The notes under the pieces are model-generated. The model was not told where the DNA came from and searched no databases. It worked only from the letters and a program-made list of their open reading frames with translations. A stretch of 64,000 nt of DNA. Source: Sedimentisphaerales bacterium (lineage in GTDB: Bacteria > Planctomycetota > Phycisphaerae > Sedimentisphaerales > SM23-30). Below are positions 31,086-41,575 of the stretch, in pieces. The stretch lies in contig CAXXFK010000023.1 of NCBI GenBank assembly GCA_963663965.2, positions 1-64,000 on the forward strand, written 5' to 3'. The translations under genes and the position numbers were made by a program. Numbering within the stretch: position 1 is the first letter of the stretch; each line of letters starts with the position of its first letter.

Positions 31086-34000
31086 TCACCCGCCCTTTTT
31101 CAACGGCGCAATCCGAATCTCCTTCACAATAATTTCCATCCCAATATATTGCTTGCCCGGATGGATCTGAATCCCGACCGCGCCCCGGTCAAAAGTATTA
31201 TCGCGGCACTGCCCGGTCATCTTGCCGTTAAGCCACAACGTCAACGCGTCGCCCTCCGCGCGCACCCGCGCTTCATTCCAGCCTTCCTGGTCTTCCAGAC
31301 CCTCATTCAGATTCATAATAACAAACAGCTTGCCCGGACAATACAGCGAGCCGCTGTAAGTCACCGGATCCCGATACTTCAGAATATCGTATTGATACCC
31401 GTTTTTGCCATCATGACGGAACCAGAACCCGCTGTTGGCCGGCCAGACCATACGATACTTCACATACAATTCAAAATCATCCCATTGGGATTCCGTCCAC
31501 AAATCGCCGCCCTGGCCCGAGGTCTGCGTCCCCACCAGACAGCCATCTTCCACTTTGAATATCGCATCGCCTGTCGCCCGCCATCCGGTCAGATCCTTGC
31601 CGTTGAATAGCGACTGCCAGGCATCTTTCGCCACCGGCGTTATCTCCGGAAATTCCTCTTCTTCCATGGCAACGGTTTCCTGAACAACCCCTCCCATCTC
31701 ATGCCAGGCATCCGCCACCACCCCCTCGATCCGACCGCCATCCCTGTTTCGCAATCGAACACAAAACTCCCACGGCCCGGTCCATTGCCCCACTTTCACC
31801 AATAATTGATTCCAACCCTGCTTCAAAGTCACCGCCACTTTATCTTCTCCCGCCACTGCCGCACCGGGCACACCGTTATTGAGAACCTGCTTGCCATTCA
31901 GCCACACCCCCACTTCATCATCAGCCCCCACCTCCAGCAAGGCCGCCTGCTCCTTCTCACTTTGAATCCAGGTCCGGGCATAACCCACTTTCGATTCACC
32001 TCCCAGATATCCGGCCAGATCGACCATTTCCGGCCGCCCGGCCAGCGTCCCCGCGGTAACAACACGCCACTTGGCCTGTCCACCCGCCGATTCCGGCCCG
32101 AAAGCTTTATTAAACAATGCCTCCCCGGTAACACCACTCGCTTCATACGGCCCCGATACCTGCCAGATCGTTATATACCCCTCCAGTTGCTCAGCCCGTT
32201 TCAAGATCTCTGCCGCCTGCCTGCGCACAGGATCACTTGTTGACTTCGCCTGCAAGGTGCGGACGGTCTTCAGCGCCACCTCCGGGGCCGTCAGGGTCAG
32301 TCCTTCCGCGATCTTCAACGCGGCCAGTTCCGCCTCCATCTTCACCCCTGCTTCATTTAAAAATGGCATCACCAAGTCCAGGGCCCGTGCGTCAGACACG
32401 TTAGCCAGCACCCCCAGAACCTGCTTCTTATCTTCAACCCGCTCTGCCGCCCCCACCAGAACCTTGCAAATATCCAGCTTCACCGAAGCCGGCCGCGGAT
32501 CCATGGCAATTAATCGCGCGCAGCCCCGCATAATCACCACCCGCAACACCGGGTCACTGGTATTTTTCAATTCCGCCGCCAGACGATCCAGCGCCCGGAT
32601 ATTCGGCCAGCTCGCCAGCGCCCGCACCGCCGTCTCCCGTACCTCGGGATTATCCGCCCGTAAATACCTTCCCACCGTCTCCAGAGCCTTGGCATTACCA
32701 ATCCGGCCCAGCACCCGCAATAACGAACATCGAATTGGAATACGATTCGCCTTATCCAACTCAGCCGCCACCACATCCGCGCGAGCAGCTTCATCCTCGA
32801 TGTTACCAGCCAGCGAAACCACCGCCCGCTCCACCTCATCCCGGTCCGAATCTCCCTTCATATCAACAAGAAAACTCAGCACCGTCGGCAAATCCTCAGC
32901 CGTACCCAATTGTCCAATCGCCTTCACTGCCACCTGACGAACCAAACCTTCCGAACTCCGGGCCTCATCGATCAAAATCGGTGTGGCGCTTGAAACATGT
33001 CGCAACGCCAGCAATCCGATATAAATGGGACGATCCGCCTCTGGTGCCTTTTGCATAATCCCTGTCAGGGCGCGATCAACCCCGTCGCCCTCCAGCCCTT
33101 CCAGTGTCGATATAATAACCTGTTTCTCCTGGGCGTTAGAATTCCCTGCCATCAGCTCGCACAAAGCGGCCAGACTGTCAAGCCCGCCAATACGCCCCAG
33201 GGCTCCAATCGCCGCTTGCCGAACCTCTCGATCACCCTGCTTGGCCGCCTGAATCAATCCCGGCACCGCCGCCGGATTGCCACCGTCACCCAGCGCGCCA
33301 ATCACCAGCGCCCGCGCGTCCGCTGGCAGACCGCTCAACTGCCCCGCCACCTGCAGAACCAAACCCTCATCATTGGATTCCGAAAGATAACCTGCGGCCA
33401 TCATCCTTGCCGCCATATCATTTCCCTTCAACGCGCCCGTCACCCATGCCTTCGCCTTATCCGGCGCTGCATGCAACCAGCCTCTAATGGCCGCCATCCG
33501 TACAAACGCCGGCCATTTTTCATCCTGCAATTCCTGATAGATTCCCGCAGCCACTCCCACCTCATTCCGCCGCCATAACCCCTCCGCGGCCACCAGCGAC
33601 GCCTCGGCAGCCGGCAGCCGGATCTCGGGCGAATTGTCTTTCCGCAATCCCGCCAATACCTCAGCCGCCCGTTCAGTCCCGATTGCCCCCAGCGCCCGGA
33701 TCGCCGCCCGCGCCACATCACGATCACTGCTCCCAGTCAGTTTACTCAATGGCTCCACCGCCCCCGTCTCGCCCCGCTGGCCCAGCGACTGGATGATTCC
33801 CAACTTCACAGCGCCTTCAGCCGGCCCCAGCGCCGCCAGCAACGCGCCCCCGGCCTCCGGATACGGCATTACTTCCAGAACGCTCCGCGCCGACCTCGAA
33901 CAGGCCGGCTCCGTTAATAAAGACGCCAGCGCCGGAATACTCGCCCGGCTGCCAATGCCCTGCAATTCGCGACACGCCGCGTCTTTCGCCTCCGCCGTTC

Positions 34001-34142
34001 CGTTACTCACAAGAACCTTGATCAGTTCCCCTTCCCGGCCACTCGACACACCTTCCGCCCCCATCGCTTTATCCTGCCCCATAACCGCCAACATAACCAC
34101 AATGACGCCTATCCGGATTGCCGTTCCCATCTGCCGTTTCAT
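31086..34142 (-). CDS. Secreted HEAT-repeat protein with PA14-like region and C-terminal DUF1080 (3-keto-disaccharide hydrolase-like) domain
   Basis: Repeated VR..AI.ALG.IG units; WQSLFNGKDLTGW, NSG, WN, GIQIH motifs; start ATG 34142 with GGAGA RBS. Confidence 0.85.
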   Translation of the reverse strand: MKRQMGTAIRIGVIVVMLAVMGQDKAMGAEGVSSGREGELIKVLVSNGTAEAKDAACRELQGIGSRASIPALASLLTEPACSRSARSVLEVMPYPEAGGALLAALGPAEGAVKLGIIQSLGQRGETGAVEPLSKLTGSSDRDVARAAIRALGAIGTERAAEVLAGLRKDNSPEIRLPAAEASLVAAEGLWRRNEVGVAAGIYQELQDEKWPAFVRMAAIRGWLHAAPDKAKAWVTGALKGNDMAARMMAAGYLSESNDEGLVLQVAGQLSGLPADARALVIGALGDGGNPAAVPGLIQAAKQGDREVRQAAIGALGRIGGLDSLAALCELMAGNSNAQEKQVIISTLEGLEGDGVDRALTGIMQKAPEADRPIYIGLLALRHVSSATPILIDEARSSEGLVRQVAVKAIGQLGTAEDLPTVLSFLVDMKGDSDRDEVERAVVSLAGNIEDEAARADVVAAELDKANRIPIRCSLLRVLGRIGNAKALETVGRYLRADNPEVRETAVRALASWPNIRALDRLAAELKNTSDPVLRVVIMRGCARLIAMDPRPASVKLDICKVLVGAAERVEDKKQVLGVLANVSDARALDLVMPFLNEAGVKMEAELAALKIAEGLTLTAPEVALKTVRTLQAKSTSDPVRRQAAEILKRAEQLEGYITIWQVSGPYEASGVTGEALFNKAFGPESAGGQAKWRVVTAGTLAGRPEMVDLAGYLGGESKVGYARTWIQSEKEQAALLEVGADDEVGVWLNGKQVLNNGVPGAAVAGEDKVAVTLKQGWNQLLVKVGQWTGPWEFCVRLRNRDGGRIEGVVADAWHEMGGVVQETVAMEEEEFPEITPVAKDAWQSLFNGKDLTGWRATGDAIFKVEDGCLVGTQTSGQGGDLWTESQWDDFELYVKYRMVWPANSGFWFRHDGKNGYQYDILKYRDPVTYSGSLYCPGKLFVIMNLNEGLEDQEGWNEARVRAEGDALTLWLNGKMTGQCRDNTFDRGAVGIQIHPGKQYIGMEIIVKEIRIAPLKKGG

Positions 34143-34203
34143 CGATTGATCTCCCATAAGATTTACTGCTAATGAATTTTGTTTTTCTTCCAGACCACGG
34201 GTA

Positions 34204-35499
34204 TCATACCTGCCAGGGCGCCCGGCTGGCCTTCTGTCGCATCCGATTCGCCTCGTCATCATTGACAAACGCCTCCTGGTCCGGATCCCAATTCAGATCC
34301 CGCCCCAGTAATAAACAGAGTGTGATCGCGTGGTTCGTGGTCATCGACCGGTGCATCACTTCCGCGTTCGCCACCGTCGAACGCCGGCTTCTCACACTGG
34401 CCAGAAAATCCAGCACATGATTGAAAGGCCGCCCGCTCTTCACCGCGTAAGCGCTGATCACCCGCTTATACTCGCCCAGCAATGCCGGCGATGACACATC
34501 CGGCTTGTCATACCCATCCGCGATAGAGACCCAGCCTTCACTGCCCTCAAACCGCACGCCGCAGGTCCCCCGCCAGCCCTCAAAATTCAAGGCCAGCTTC
34601 ACGCCATTGGCAAAATAACTCTCCATCCAGTTCCCCGACCGATTGCCCGGATACACATACTTCACCGGCGAACTGGTCTCCGCCCCCACCGCCGCCTGAC
34701 ACTGCAGGATCGTATGACTGCCCCAGCCGGCTACCCCCGCCCCAAAATCCTGAAATACGCCCCAGGCCCCGCAACCGCCCAGGTAGCCGGCGTTGTAGGG
34801 CCGCCGCGGCGCCGGACCCAGCCACAATTCCCAGTCCAGTTCCTCTTTCGACGGCTCCGGCTGCGCGGGCAAAAGCTCGTTACGACTCACATCCTGGACC
34901 GCCGACCATAAATGTGCCCGCACCACGCGCAACTCACCCAATAATCCCTGCCGGGCCAGCTCGGTGGCAAAGATAAAATTCGGCTCACTCATCCGCTGGG
35001 CGCCCGTCTGAAAGATCCGCCCATAACGCCTGGCCGTTTCCGCCACGGCCCGGCCTTCCGCGATGGTCATACTGCCCGGCTTCTCGCAATACACATCCTT
35101 GCCCGCGCTCATCGCCAGTACCGCCGCCGTCGCGTGCCAGCGGTCGCCGGTCGCGATCAGCATCGCGTCAATATCGCCCCGCTTCGCCAGTATCTCGCGC
35201 AGGTCACGGTATGTCTCACAATCCGAATTGCCATACTTGCCATCCACCATCTGTTTCGCCCGCACCCGGTTCGCTCCCAGCACATCGCACACCGCCACAA
35301 ACTGCACCTCCTGCTGACCCAGCAGCCAGCCCAGATCGCTCTGGCCCCGGCCACCCATGCCAATACCACCCATCACAATCCGCTCACTCGGCGCGACAGA
35401 ACCATCTTTCCCCAAAACCGACGACGGGATCACCAGCGGGGCCGCAACCGCCATCAGTCCGCTCTTTAACACTGCTCTGCGTGTCAACTTCGTATTCAT
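34204..35499 (-). CDS. Tat-exported Gfo/Idh/MocA oxidoreductase
   Basis: TRRAVLK twin-arginine signal; GIGMGGRG, DRWH, DVYCEKP, LDWELWLGPAP. Confidence 0.92.
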   Translation of the reverse strand: MNTKLTRRAVLKSGLMAVAAPLVIPSSVLGKDGSVAPSERIVMGGIGMGGRGQSDLGWLLGQQEVQFVAVCDVLGANRVRAKQMVDGKYGNSDCETYRDLREILAKRGDIDAMLIATGDRWHATAAVLAMSAGKDVYCEKPGSMTIAEGRAVAETARRYGRIFQTGAQRMSEPNFIFATELARQGLLGELRVVRAHLWSAVQDVSRNELLPAQPEPSKEELDWELWLGPAPRRPYNAGYLGGCGAWGVFQDFGAGVAGWGSHTILQCQAAVGAETSSPVKYVYPGNRSGNWMESYFANGVKLALNFEGWRGTCGVRFEGSEGWVSIADGYDKPDVSSPALLGEYKRVISAYAVKSGRPFNHVLDFLASVRSRRSTVANAEVMHRSMTTNHAITLCLLLGRDLNWDPDQEAFVNDDEANRMRQKASRAPWQV

Positions 35500-35700
35500 G
35501 ATCATTCTCCATAGCGATGACTTTAATCGTCATTTAAGATGGCTGGATATGGATCTCCCAGCCAATTCATTGTCTGATATCTTTGCCTCGAGAAGGCTGT
35601 TGTCTATCGAGCATTAATGATTTTAAAAAGAACCGGATATTTTTAGAGGCTCTCTTAATGTTACCGCGCGGAACATCTGCTTGCAAGCGCGATTTAACCT

Positions 35701-37839
35701 TCATTCCAGCGAAACGCCCATCTCTTCAAATTGGGCCGCGGCATTCAGAAAATGGGCCGTCATCCAGAAAACGGTCCAGCTTTCATGGTAGGTGCCTCGC
35801 ATCCGGGTCACGTCATTAACAGGCAGGCCCTGCACAAAATTGGTATGATTAAGCTGTTCGCCCTGGCTGCCATACGCGTCCAGCATCTGCCCGCAACTGC
35901 GGTACATCACAATGGCCAGCTTCTTCAGATCATCCCGTCCTGTCAGTTCGCCCATACGATAAACCTGCGGGGTATAGACCACCCCAAAAACATCCAGATG
36001 CTGATTCTGGGCCGAAACCACCGTCCAGCCCCGGGTTCTCAAATCATGATCGCGCAACCGGCCCGCCGGCAGATCAATATCCCAGATGACCGTATAGCTC
36101 AAAGTCACATCCAGCGCATGTTCCGCCCATTTCAGGTATTTGGATTCGCCAGTCATCTCATAAACCGCCAGAAATGCCTGAAAACCCGCCCAGGCTCCCT
36201 CCTTGTCTTCGCAACTGGCATCCAGCGTACCGCCCCAATAGGGTTCTGTCATATCCAGGTGACGCTGGGCGTAATGACCGGCAGCTTTCAACGCGGCCTG
36301 CCGGTAAATCTCCTTGCCAAACCATTGATATCCTTTGCACAACGGAGATACCAGGAATCCCTCATTGGTTGATTTCGGCCGCCAGCCTTCTTCCAGGATT
36401 CGCGCCGCGTGAAAATCACAGGCCTTGCGCAAAAAGGCCTCCCACTTCGAGGTGTCCACCGAACTCAACTTGCGGCCCGCAAGAATCGCACGGGCAAAAT
36501 TCTCCATCGCCTGACCCTGCGAAACCGGGTCCTGCTCCGTCCACCGGTCCTGATCGGGAGCGTAACGGTTGTGAAATCCATGCTGATTAAATGGCGAAGC
36601 GGTCAACAGATCGAGGGAACGTTGTGCTTTGGATATGCCATCAATGGCATCCAATCTCTCTCCCAGCACCAATAACGCGTAACCCGGTGCGGCAGCCTGC
36701 CCGCACCAGCCCATGACATAATCGTTTCTATTCGGGTACATCCGGAATCCGGCCGACTGACCGTTCTCATGCCAGCGCGACAGGGCAAATTGATACTTCG
36801 CTCGTAAAATCTCGTTATAGGTCGGCAAACCCTCGGTACTGAATGGCTGATAGATTTTCAGCGCCTCTAATAACGGAACACGGAATCCCGATCCTTTCTG
36901 ATCGACCGGATACACTTGAAGATAAAATGTCTTCTCAATAATACCTCCCGGCGGTACGGTTAAATAGGTATCGGAATATGGAAAGAACTTACGTTGATTA
37001 GCCTTGACATGGCCCCGGCGGCCATTGATCGAACAAGGCCCGGATAACATTGCCACTTCGCTAAAGGTATCATGTCCCTCGACACCTGCCGACCACCATT
37101 GATCGCTTTTATTCGCGTAAGGTGCCAGAGACGGCAACATATGAAGTGCCGCGCCGCAATACCGGTTATCATTTTCCCATTCCAATGCCGCAAATGGCAT
37201 CGCCAGCCGATGCTCTTCACAAAACAGCTCCTCGCCTGGCTTACCGGTATAAATAGCGACACGCTCACTACCTGAACGAGCCCCCGATGGATTACCATAA
37301 TAACAGAAGCCCGGCAGGACCACTTCCGCTCCGCTTTGCGGGACCTGCCAGCGGATCGAAAGGGTTGTCTTCCCTGCCGGCTGACTCCCCGTCCACTGCC
37401 AGCGCCGTACGACACGCACCCGCCGACCTTCAGCAATATAAGAATCGCGTATATTCCATTGCCCCTGATCGGTCTCCACTTTCCCGGCCAGAACCAGCCA
37501 CGACCCGATACGTTGACAAGTCTCCACCTGACCATGCCGCCAGGCCGCCGGCCAGTCATCTTTCCAATCCATCGCGATCGACCAGAGCCCTTCAGCCGGT
37601 TGCCTGAGATAATTGACGTTATCAATAGAAAGCCCCACCCGATAGCCCCCATCCTGTTTAGCCACTTCCAGACGACCGTCGCCCACTTCAAGAATCTCTT
37701 GAACCGTTGATTGTGCCAATGCGCCGACACCCTGGCCCATAAAAATCGTCACGACAAAACAAAACAGACCATAAAACCTGATTATATCCCAGGCCTTTTC
37801 AGCACGTTGTGCAAACGCCACTCGCCGGATTAACATCAT
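35701..37839 (-). CDS. Secreted hypothetical protein, possibly (alpha/alpha)6-barrel glycosidase/lyase-like
   Basis: Signal-like N-terminus; beta-rich N-half; helical C-half with YEMTGESKYLKWAEHA-type hairpin motifs; CAZyme neighbourhood. Confidence 0.55.
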   Translation of the reverse strand: MMLIRRVAFAQRAEKAWDIIRFYGLFCFVVTIFMGQGVGALAQSTVQEILEVGDGRLEVAKQDGGYRVGLSIDNVNYLRQPAEGLWSIAMDWKDDWPAAWRHGQVETCQRIGSWLVLAGKVETDQGQWNIRDSYIAEGRRVRVVRRWQWTGSQPAGKTTLSIRWQVPQSGAEVVLPGFCYYGNPSGARSGSERVAIYTGKPGEELFCEEHRLAMPFAALEWENDNRYCGAALHMLPSLAPYANKSDQWWSAGVEGHDTFSEVAMLSGPCSINGRRGHVKANQRKFFPYSDTYLTVPPGGIIEKTFYLQVYPVDQKGSGFRVPLLEALKIYQPFSTEGLPTYNEILRAKYQFALSRWHENGQSAGFRMYPNRNDYVMGWCGQAAAPGYALLVLGERLDAIDGISKAQRSLDLLTASPFNQHGFHNRYAPDQDRWTEQDPVSQGQAMENFARAILAGRKLSSVDTSKWEAFLRKACDFHAARILEEGWRPKSTNEGFLVSPLCKGYQWFGKEIYRQAALKAAGHYAQRHLDMTEPYWGGTLDASCEDKEGAWAGFQAFLAVYEMTGESKYLKWAEHALDVTLSYTVIWDIDLPAGRLRDHDLRTRGWTVVSAQNQHLDVFGVVYTPQVYRMGELTGRDDLKKLAIVMYRSCGQMLDAYGSQGEQLNHTNFVQGLPVNDVTRMRGTYHESWTVFWMTAHFLNAAAQFEEMGVSLE

Positions 37840-38316
37840 TTGACTCCTGTATACTGCTTACGATTGAAAATGCCCGCTGGGCCGTGATATAAGTTCTACA
37901 CGAGTAAAAAACTTATCTTGCGAGCAATCGGGAATTGTCATACCCATTGGGTATATCAGACAATCATTGGCCAGGCCGATATGTTAACACCCCTAAGATG
38001 CAATTCTAAACAAACCGGCGCCATCTTCAAATCTTCTGAATATCTTGTCTAACTTGACTAACGATCAGAGAAATCAACCATTGCTTTTTACTGAAATTAT
38101 GGCATGATAAGAATCTGCGGACAATAAATAAGCCAGATTGCAACATTCCATATCATAACGTTGTTAGTAAATAGGAGCCTCTATCAATCGTTTTAAGGTG
38201 CCGGAACACATAACTTGGAACAAGATAATCCTTTTATCAGTAAGTAGTTATTGCCATTTTTCCTGACAGGATCATACCTGAAGGTCCTGTTTAAACCACT
38301 AATCCAGAATTTTGGA

Positions 38317-41300
38317 ATGCCAATGCCCAGAGCCTGTATCCTTTTTCTGTCGTTACAAATGGTGTTTTGCCTTAGTCCTTCGGGTATCGCCGAGGAGAAT
38401 ACCGATCCATTCGATTTAACCACCCTTAATATCCCCGCCCTGCGCCGGGCCGCCGCCGACATTATCCAGATGGCCCCCGAAAAGGCCGGCCCGATCAATG
38501 AATGCCTGCAATCCCTCACCCGCCTCGAATCTCAAATCGATAAGATCACCGCCGCGCTCACCCAGAACGATCCCCAGGCCCGCCAACAAGCCCAACAACT
38601 GCTCCAACTGCAACGCCAGATCCTGCTCAGTAATCCCATCCTGGACCAATACGACGAGATCATTCTGATCAAACGCAAACAAGAGGGCAACCTGGCCCTG
38701 CCCGCCAACTGGGAAAGCAACTCCAGCCTCAATCCCTACGGCTGGGATAATGAAATCGTCCTGATCTCCCTGAAAAATCCCGATCAGCCGCTCCGCACAC
38801 TCTTCAAACCCGCCGCCGCTGAATGCCTTACCGATATCGACCTCCATTTCAACGCCGATAAAATCATGTTCTCCATGCCCGGCGCCAATCAACGCTGGCA
38901 GATTTTCGAATTGAATCTCACCACCCATGACCTGGAACAACTGCCGCTTATTATAGAGCCGGACGTCGATAATTACGATTCCTGTTATCTGCCCGATGGC
39001 AATATTATCTTTTCTTCCACCGCGCCATTCATCGGGGTGCCCTGCGTTCAGGGCGCTTCCCATGTGACCAACCTCTACCACTTCAACCGAACCACCGGCG
39101 CCATTCGCCGCCTGACCTTCGACCAGGAACACAACTGGTGCCCGACCGTCATGCCCAACGGCCAGGTACTTTATCTGCGCTGGGAATATACCGATACCCC
39201 CCACTTCACGACCCGCATCCTCTTCACCATGAATCCAGATGGCACCAACCAGCGCGAATTCTACGGCAGCAATTCCTACTGGCCCAATAGTATCTTCTAT
39301 GCCCGCCCCATCCCCAACCAGGAAAACGCCTTTATCGGTATCGTTACCGGCCATCACGGTGTCGCGCGGATCGGCGAACTGGTCCTTTTCGATACCGCGC
39401 GCGGCCGCCGCGAAGCCGAAGGCGCCTTGCAGCGCATCCCGGGCTATGGCCAGAAAATCGAGCCGGTTATCGTCGACCGGCTCGTCGACAACTCCTGGCC
39501 CAAATTCCTGCATCCCTGCCCGCTCAACGAAAAATATGTCCTGGTCGCCGCCCAGCTCACCCCGCAATCTCAATGGGGACTTTACCTGGTGGATATTTTC
39601 GACAATATCTTGCTCCTCCGCTCGCAACCGGGCTATGTCCTTTTCGAACCGGTTCCGCTGATCAAAACACCCATCCCCCCGATTATCCCATCCCGGGTTG
39701 ATCCCGGCCAGACCACCGCCACTATGTACATTACCGACATTTACCGAGGCGACGGTCTTAAAGAGGTGCCCCGTGGCACAGTCAAAAAGCTGCGCCTGTT
39801 CACCTATCAATTCGCCTATCACGGTATGGGCGGCCAGGTCAACCGCGTCGGCCTGGATGGCCCCTGGGATGTCAAACGCATCATCGGTACCGTTCCGGTC
39901 GAAGCGGACGGCTCGGCCATGTTCTCCGTACCGGCCAATACCCCCATTTCCATGCAGCCCCTGGACCAACAGGGAAAGGCCATCGCCCTCATGCGCAGCT
40001 GGGCTACGGCCATGCCCGGCGAAATCCTCTCTTGTGTGGGTTGCCATGAACCCCAAAACAGCACACCCGTTACCGGCCCTACCATCGCCGCCGGCCAACC
40101 GCCCGCTACCACCAAACCCTGGTACGGCCCCACCCGCGGCTTCAGTTTCAACCGGGAAGTCCAGCCGGTACTGGATAAATATTGCGTCGGCTGTCATGGT
40201 GCAGAAAATTGCGAATATCCTGATAACCCTGACTTTACCTGTCGGCCGCCGGTCCAGGTTAAGGCCGCCAACCAGACTTATGTTCAAGGCACCCAATTCC
40301 CCCCCGCTTACCTTGCCCTGCGCCAGTTCGTCCGCACTCCCACCATCGAAAGCGACAGCCACCTGCTCGATCCCTATGAATTCCACGCCTCCAATACCGA
40401 ACTGATCCAGATCCTGCAACAAGGCCATCATAACGTGACCCTTGATGCGGAAAGCTGGGATCGTCTTGTCACCTGGATAGATCTGAACACCCCCGCCCAC
40501 GGCAGCTGGCGCGAAGTTGTCGGACCCGATAAAGTCAACCACCAGTATCAGCGCCGCCTGGCGATGATGAAAAAATATTCTTCCCGCGATGACGATGAAG
40601 AATTCATCAATCCCCAGCCCCGGAATATTGTTTTTCAGCAACCAGCCCCTGCTCAGATAAATCAAACCCGGACACCTGCCTGTTCCGGCTGGCCCCTCAC
40701 CCCTCAACAGGCCCGGCAATCACAGCAGGAATCGTCACCCGCCCCACTATCCCTGCCCTTGAACGACAGCCTTGCCATCGAAATGGCATGGATTCCCGCC
40801 GGTGAATTTATCATGGGCGCTCCATCTGCCCGCACGGACACACCGCCGCGTAAGGCTCAAATCGAATCCGGTTTCTGGATGACGAAATTTGAAATCACCA
40901 ATCGCCAGTTCGCCTGTTTCGACCCCCAACATGACAGCCGCCTGGAAAACGGCGACTTCCTCCAGTTCAGTCCCCGCGAACGGGGCTACCCCCTGAACCA
41001 GCCCGATCAACCGGTCTGTCGCGTCTCCTGGCAGCAGGCCACAAAATTCTGCCAATGGTTGTCATCGAAAACCGGCCGCTCATGTTCTTTACCCAACGAA
41101 ATCCAGTGGGAATATGCCTGCCGCGCCGGTAGCGGCCAGACCCACTGGTTCGGCGACTCTAACACCAATTTTGCCCCATTTGCCAATCTCGCCGACAAAA
41201 AACTCCGGTTCATGGAAACCATCGACTGGGGCCTTCCCGCCGGCGCCATCCCGCTCTGGCGGCCGGCCGTTGAGACGGTTGATGATGGCTTCCGCGTTTC

Positions 41301-41562
41301 CGCGCCCGTTGGATCTTATCAACCCAATCCCTGGGGCCTGTTTGACATGCTCGGCAATGTCGCCGAATGGACCGATACCCCCGCCCCGGCTGACCCCTAT
41401 GAACCCTATGAACCCTCTCCAGATTCCACCGAGTCATATCGTATCGTACGCGGCGGCTCCTGGTACGATCGCCCAGGCCGCGCCACCGCCTCCAGCCGGC
41501 AAAAATACCACCCCTGGCAGAAAGTTTACAACGTAGGCTTCCGCATCATTTGCACCAACTAA
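38317..41562 (+). CDS. HzsA-related beta-propeller/c-type heme protein with C-terminal SUMF1/FGE-like domain
   Basis: Propeller repeats (YLPDGNIIFSS, GQVLYLRWEY, MNPDGTNQ), GTVPVEADGSA middle domain, two CVGCH motifs, LPNEIQWEYACRAG, NPWGLFDMLGNVAEW, RGGSW, VGFR. Confidence 0.85.
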   Translation: MPMPRACILFLSLQMVFCLSPSGIAEENTDPFDLTTLNIPALRRAAADIIQMAPEKAGPINECLQSLTRLESQIDKITAALTQNDPQARQQAQQLLQLQRQILLSNPILDQYDEIILIKRKQEGNLALPANWESNSSLNPYGWDNEIVLISLKNPDQPLRTLFKPAAAECLTDIDLHFNADKIMFSMPGANQRWQIFELNLTTHDLEQLPLIIEPDVDNYDSCYLPDGNIIFSSTAPFIGVPCVQGASHVTNLYHFNRTTGAIRRLTFDQEHNWCPTVMPNGQVLYLRWEYTDTPHFTTRILFTMNPDGTNQREFYGSNSYWPNSIFYARPIPNQENAFIGIVTGHHGVARIGELVLFDTARGRREAEGALQRIPGYGQKIEPVIVDRLVDNSWPKFLHPCPLNEKYVLVAAQLTPQSQWGLYLVDIFDNILLLRSQPGYVLFEPVPLIKTPIPPIIPSRVDPGQTTATMYITDIYRGDGLKEVPRGTVKKLRLFTYQFAYHGMGGQVNRVGLDGPWDVKRIIGTVPVEADGSAMFSVPANTPISMQPLDQQGKAIALMRSWATAMPGEILSCVGCHEPQNSTPVTGPTIAAGQPPATTKPWYGPTRGFSFNREVQPVLDKYCVGCHGAENCEYPDNPDFTCRPPVQVKAANQTYVQGTQFPPAYLALRQFVRTPTIESDSHLLDPYEFHASNTELIQILQQGHHNVTLDAESWDRLVTWIDLNTPAHGSWREVVGPDKVNHQYQRRLAMMKKYSSRDDDEEFINPQPRNIVFQQPAPAQINQTRTPACSGWPLTPQQARQSQQESSPAPLSLPLNDSLAIEMAWIPAGEFIMGAPSARTDTPPRKAQIESGFWMTKFEITNRQFACFDPQHDSRLENGDFLQFSPRERGYPLNQPDQPVCRVSWQQATKFCQWLSSKTGRSCSLPNEIQWEYACRAGSGQTHWFGDSNTNFAPFANLADKKLRFMETIDWGLPAGAIPLWRPAVETVDDGFRVSAPVGSYQPNPWGLFDMLGNVAEWTDTPAPADPYEPYEPSPDSTESYRIVRGGSWYDRPGRATASSRQKYHPWQKVYNVGFRIICTN

Positions 41563-41575
41563 ATACGGATATAAT

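Noticed and set aside
38416..40719. 767-aa minus-strand ORF, and similar long antisense ORFs (5393-6217, 46316-47554, 50210-51283, 51363-52079, 55544-56428, 1823-2755)
   Set aside because: They lie opposite well-supported genes, lack motifs, and are expected from the strong codon and strand bias.
38317..41562. Anammox hydrazine synthase
   Set aside because: No hzsB/hzsC or hao-like genes nearby, and the SUMF1 fusion marks the non-anammox HzsA-related group.
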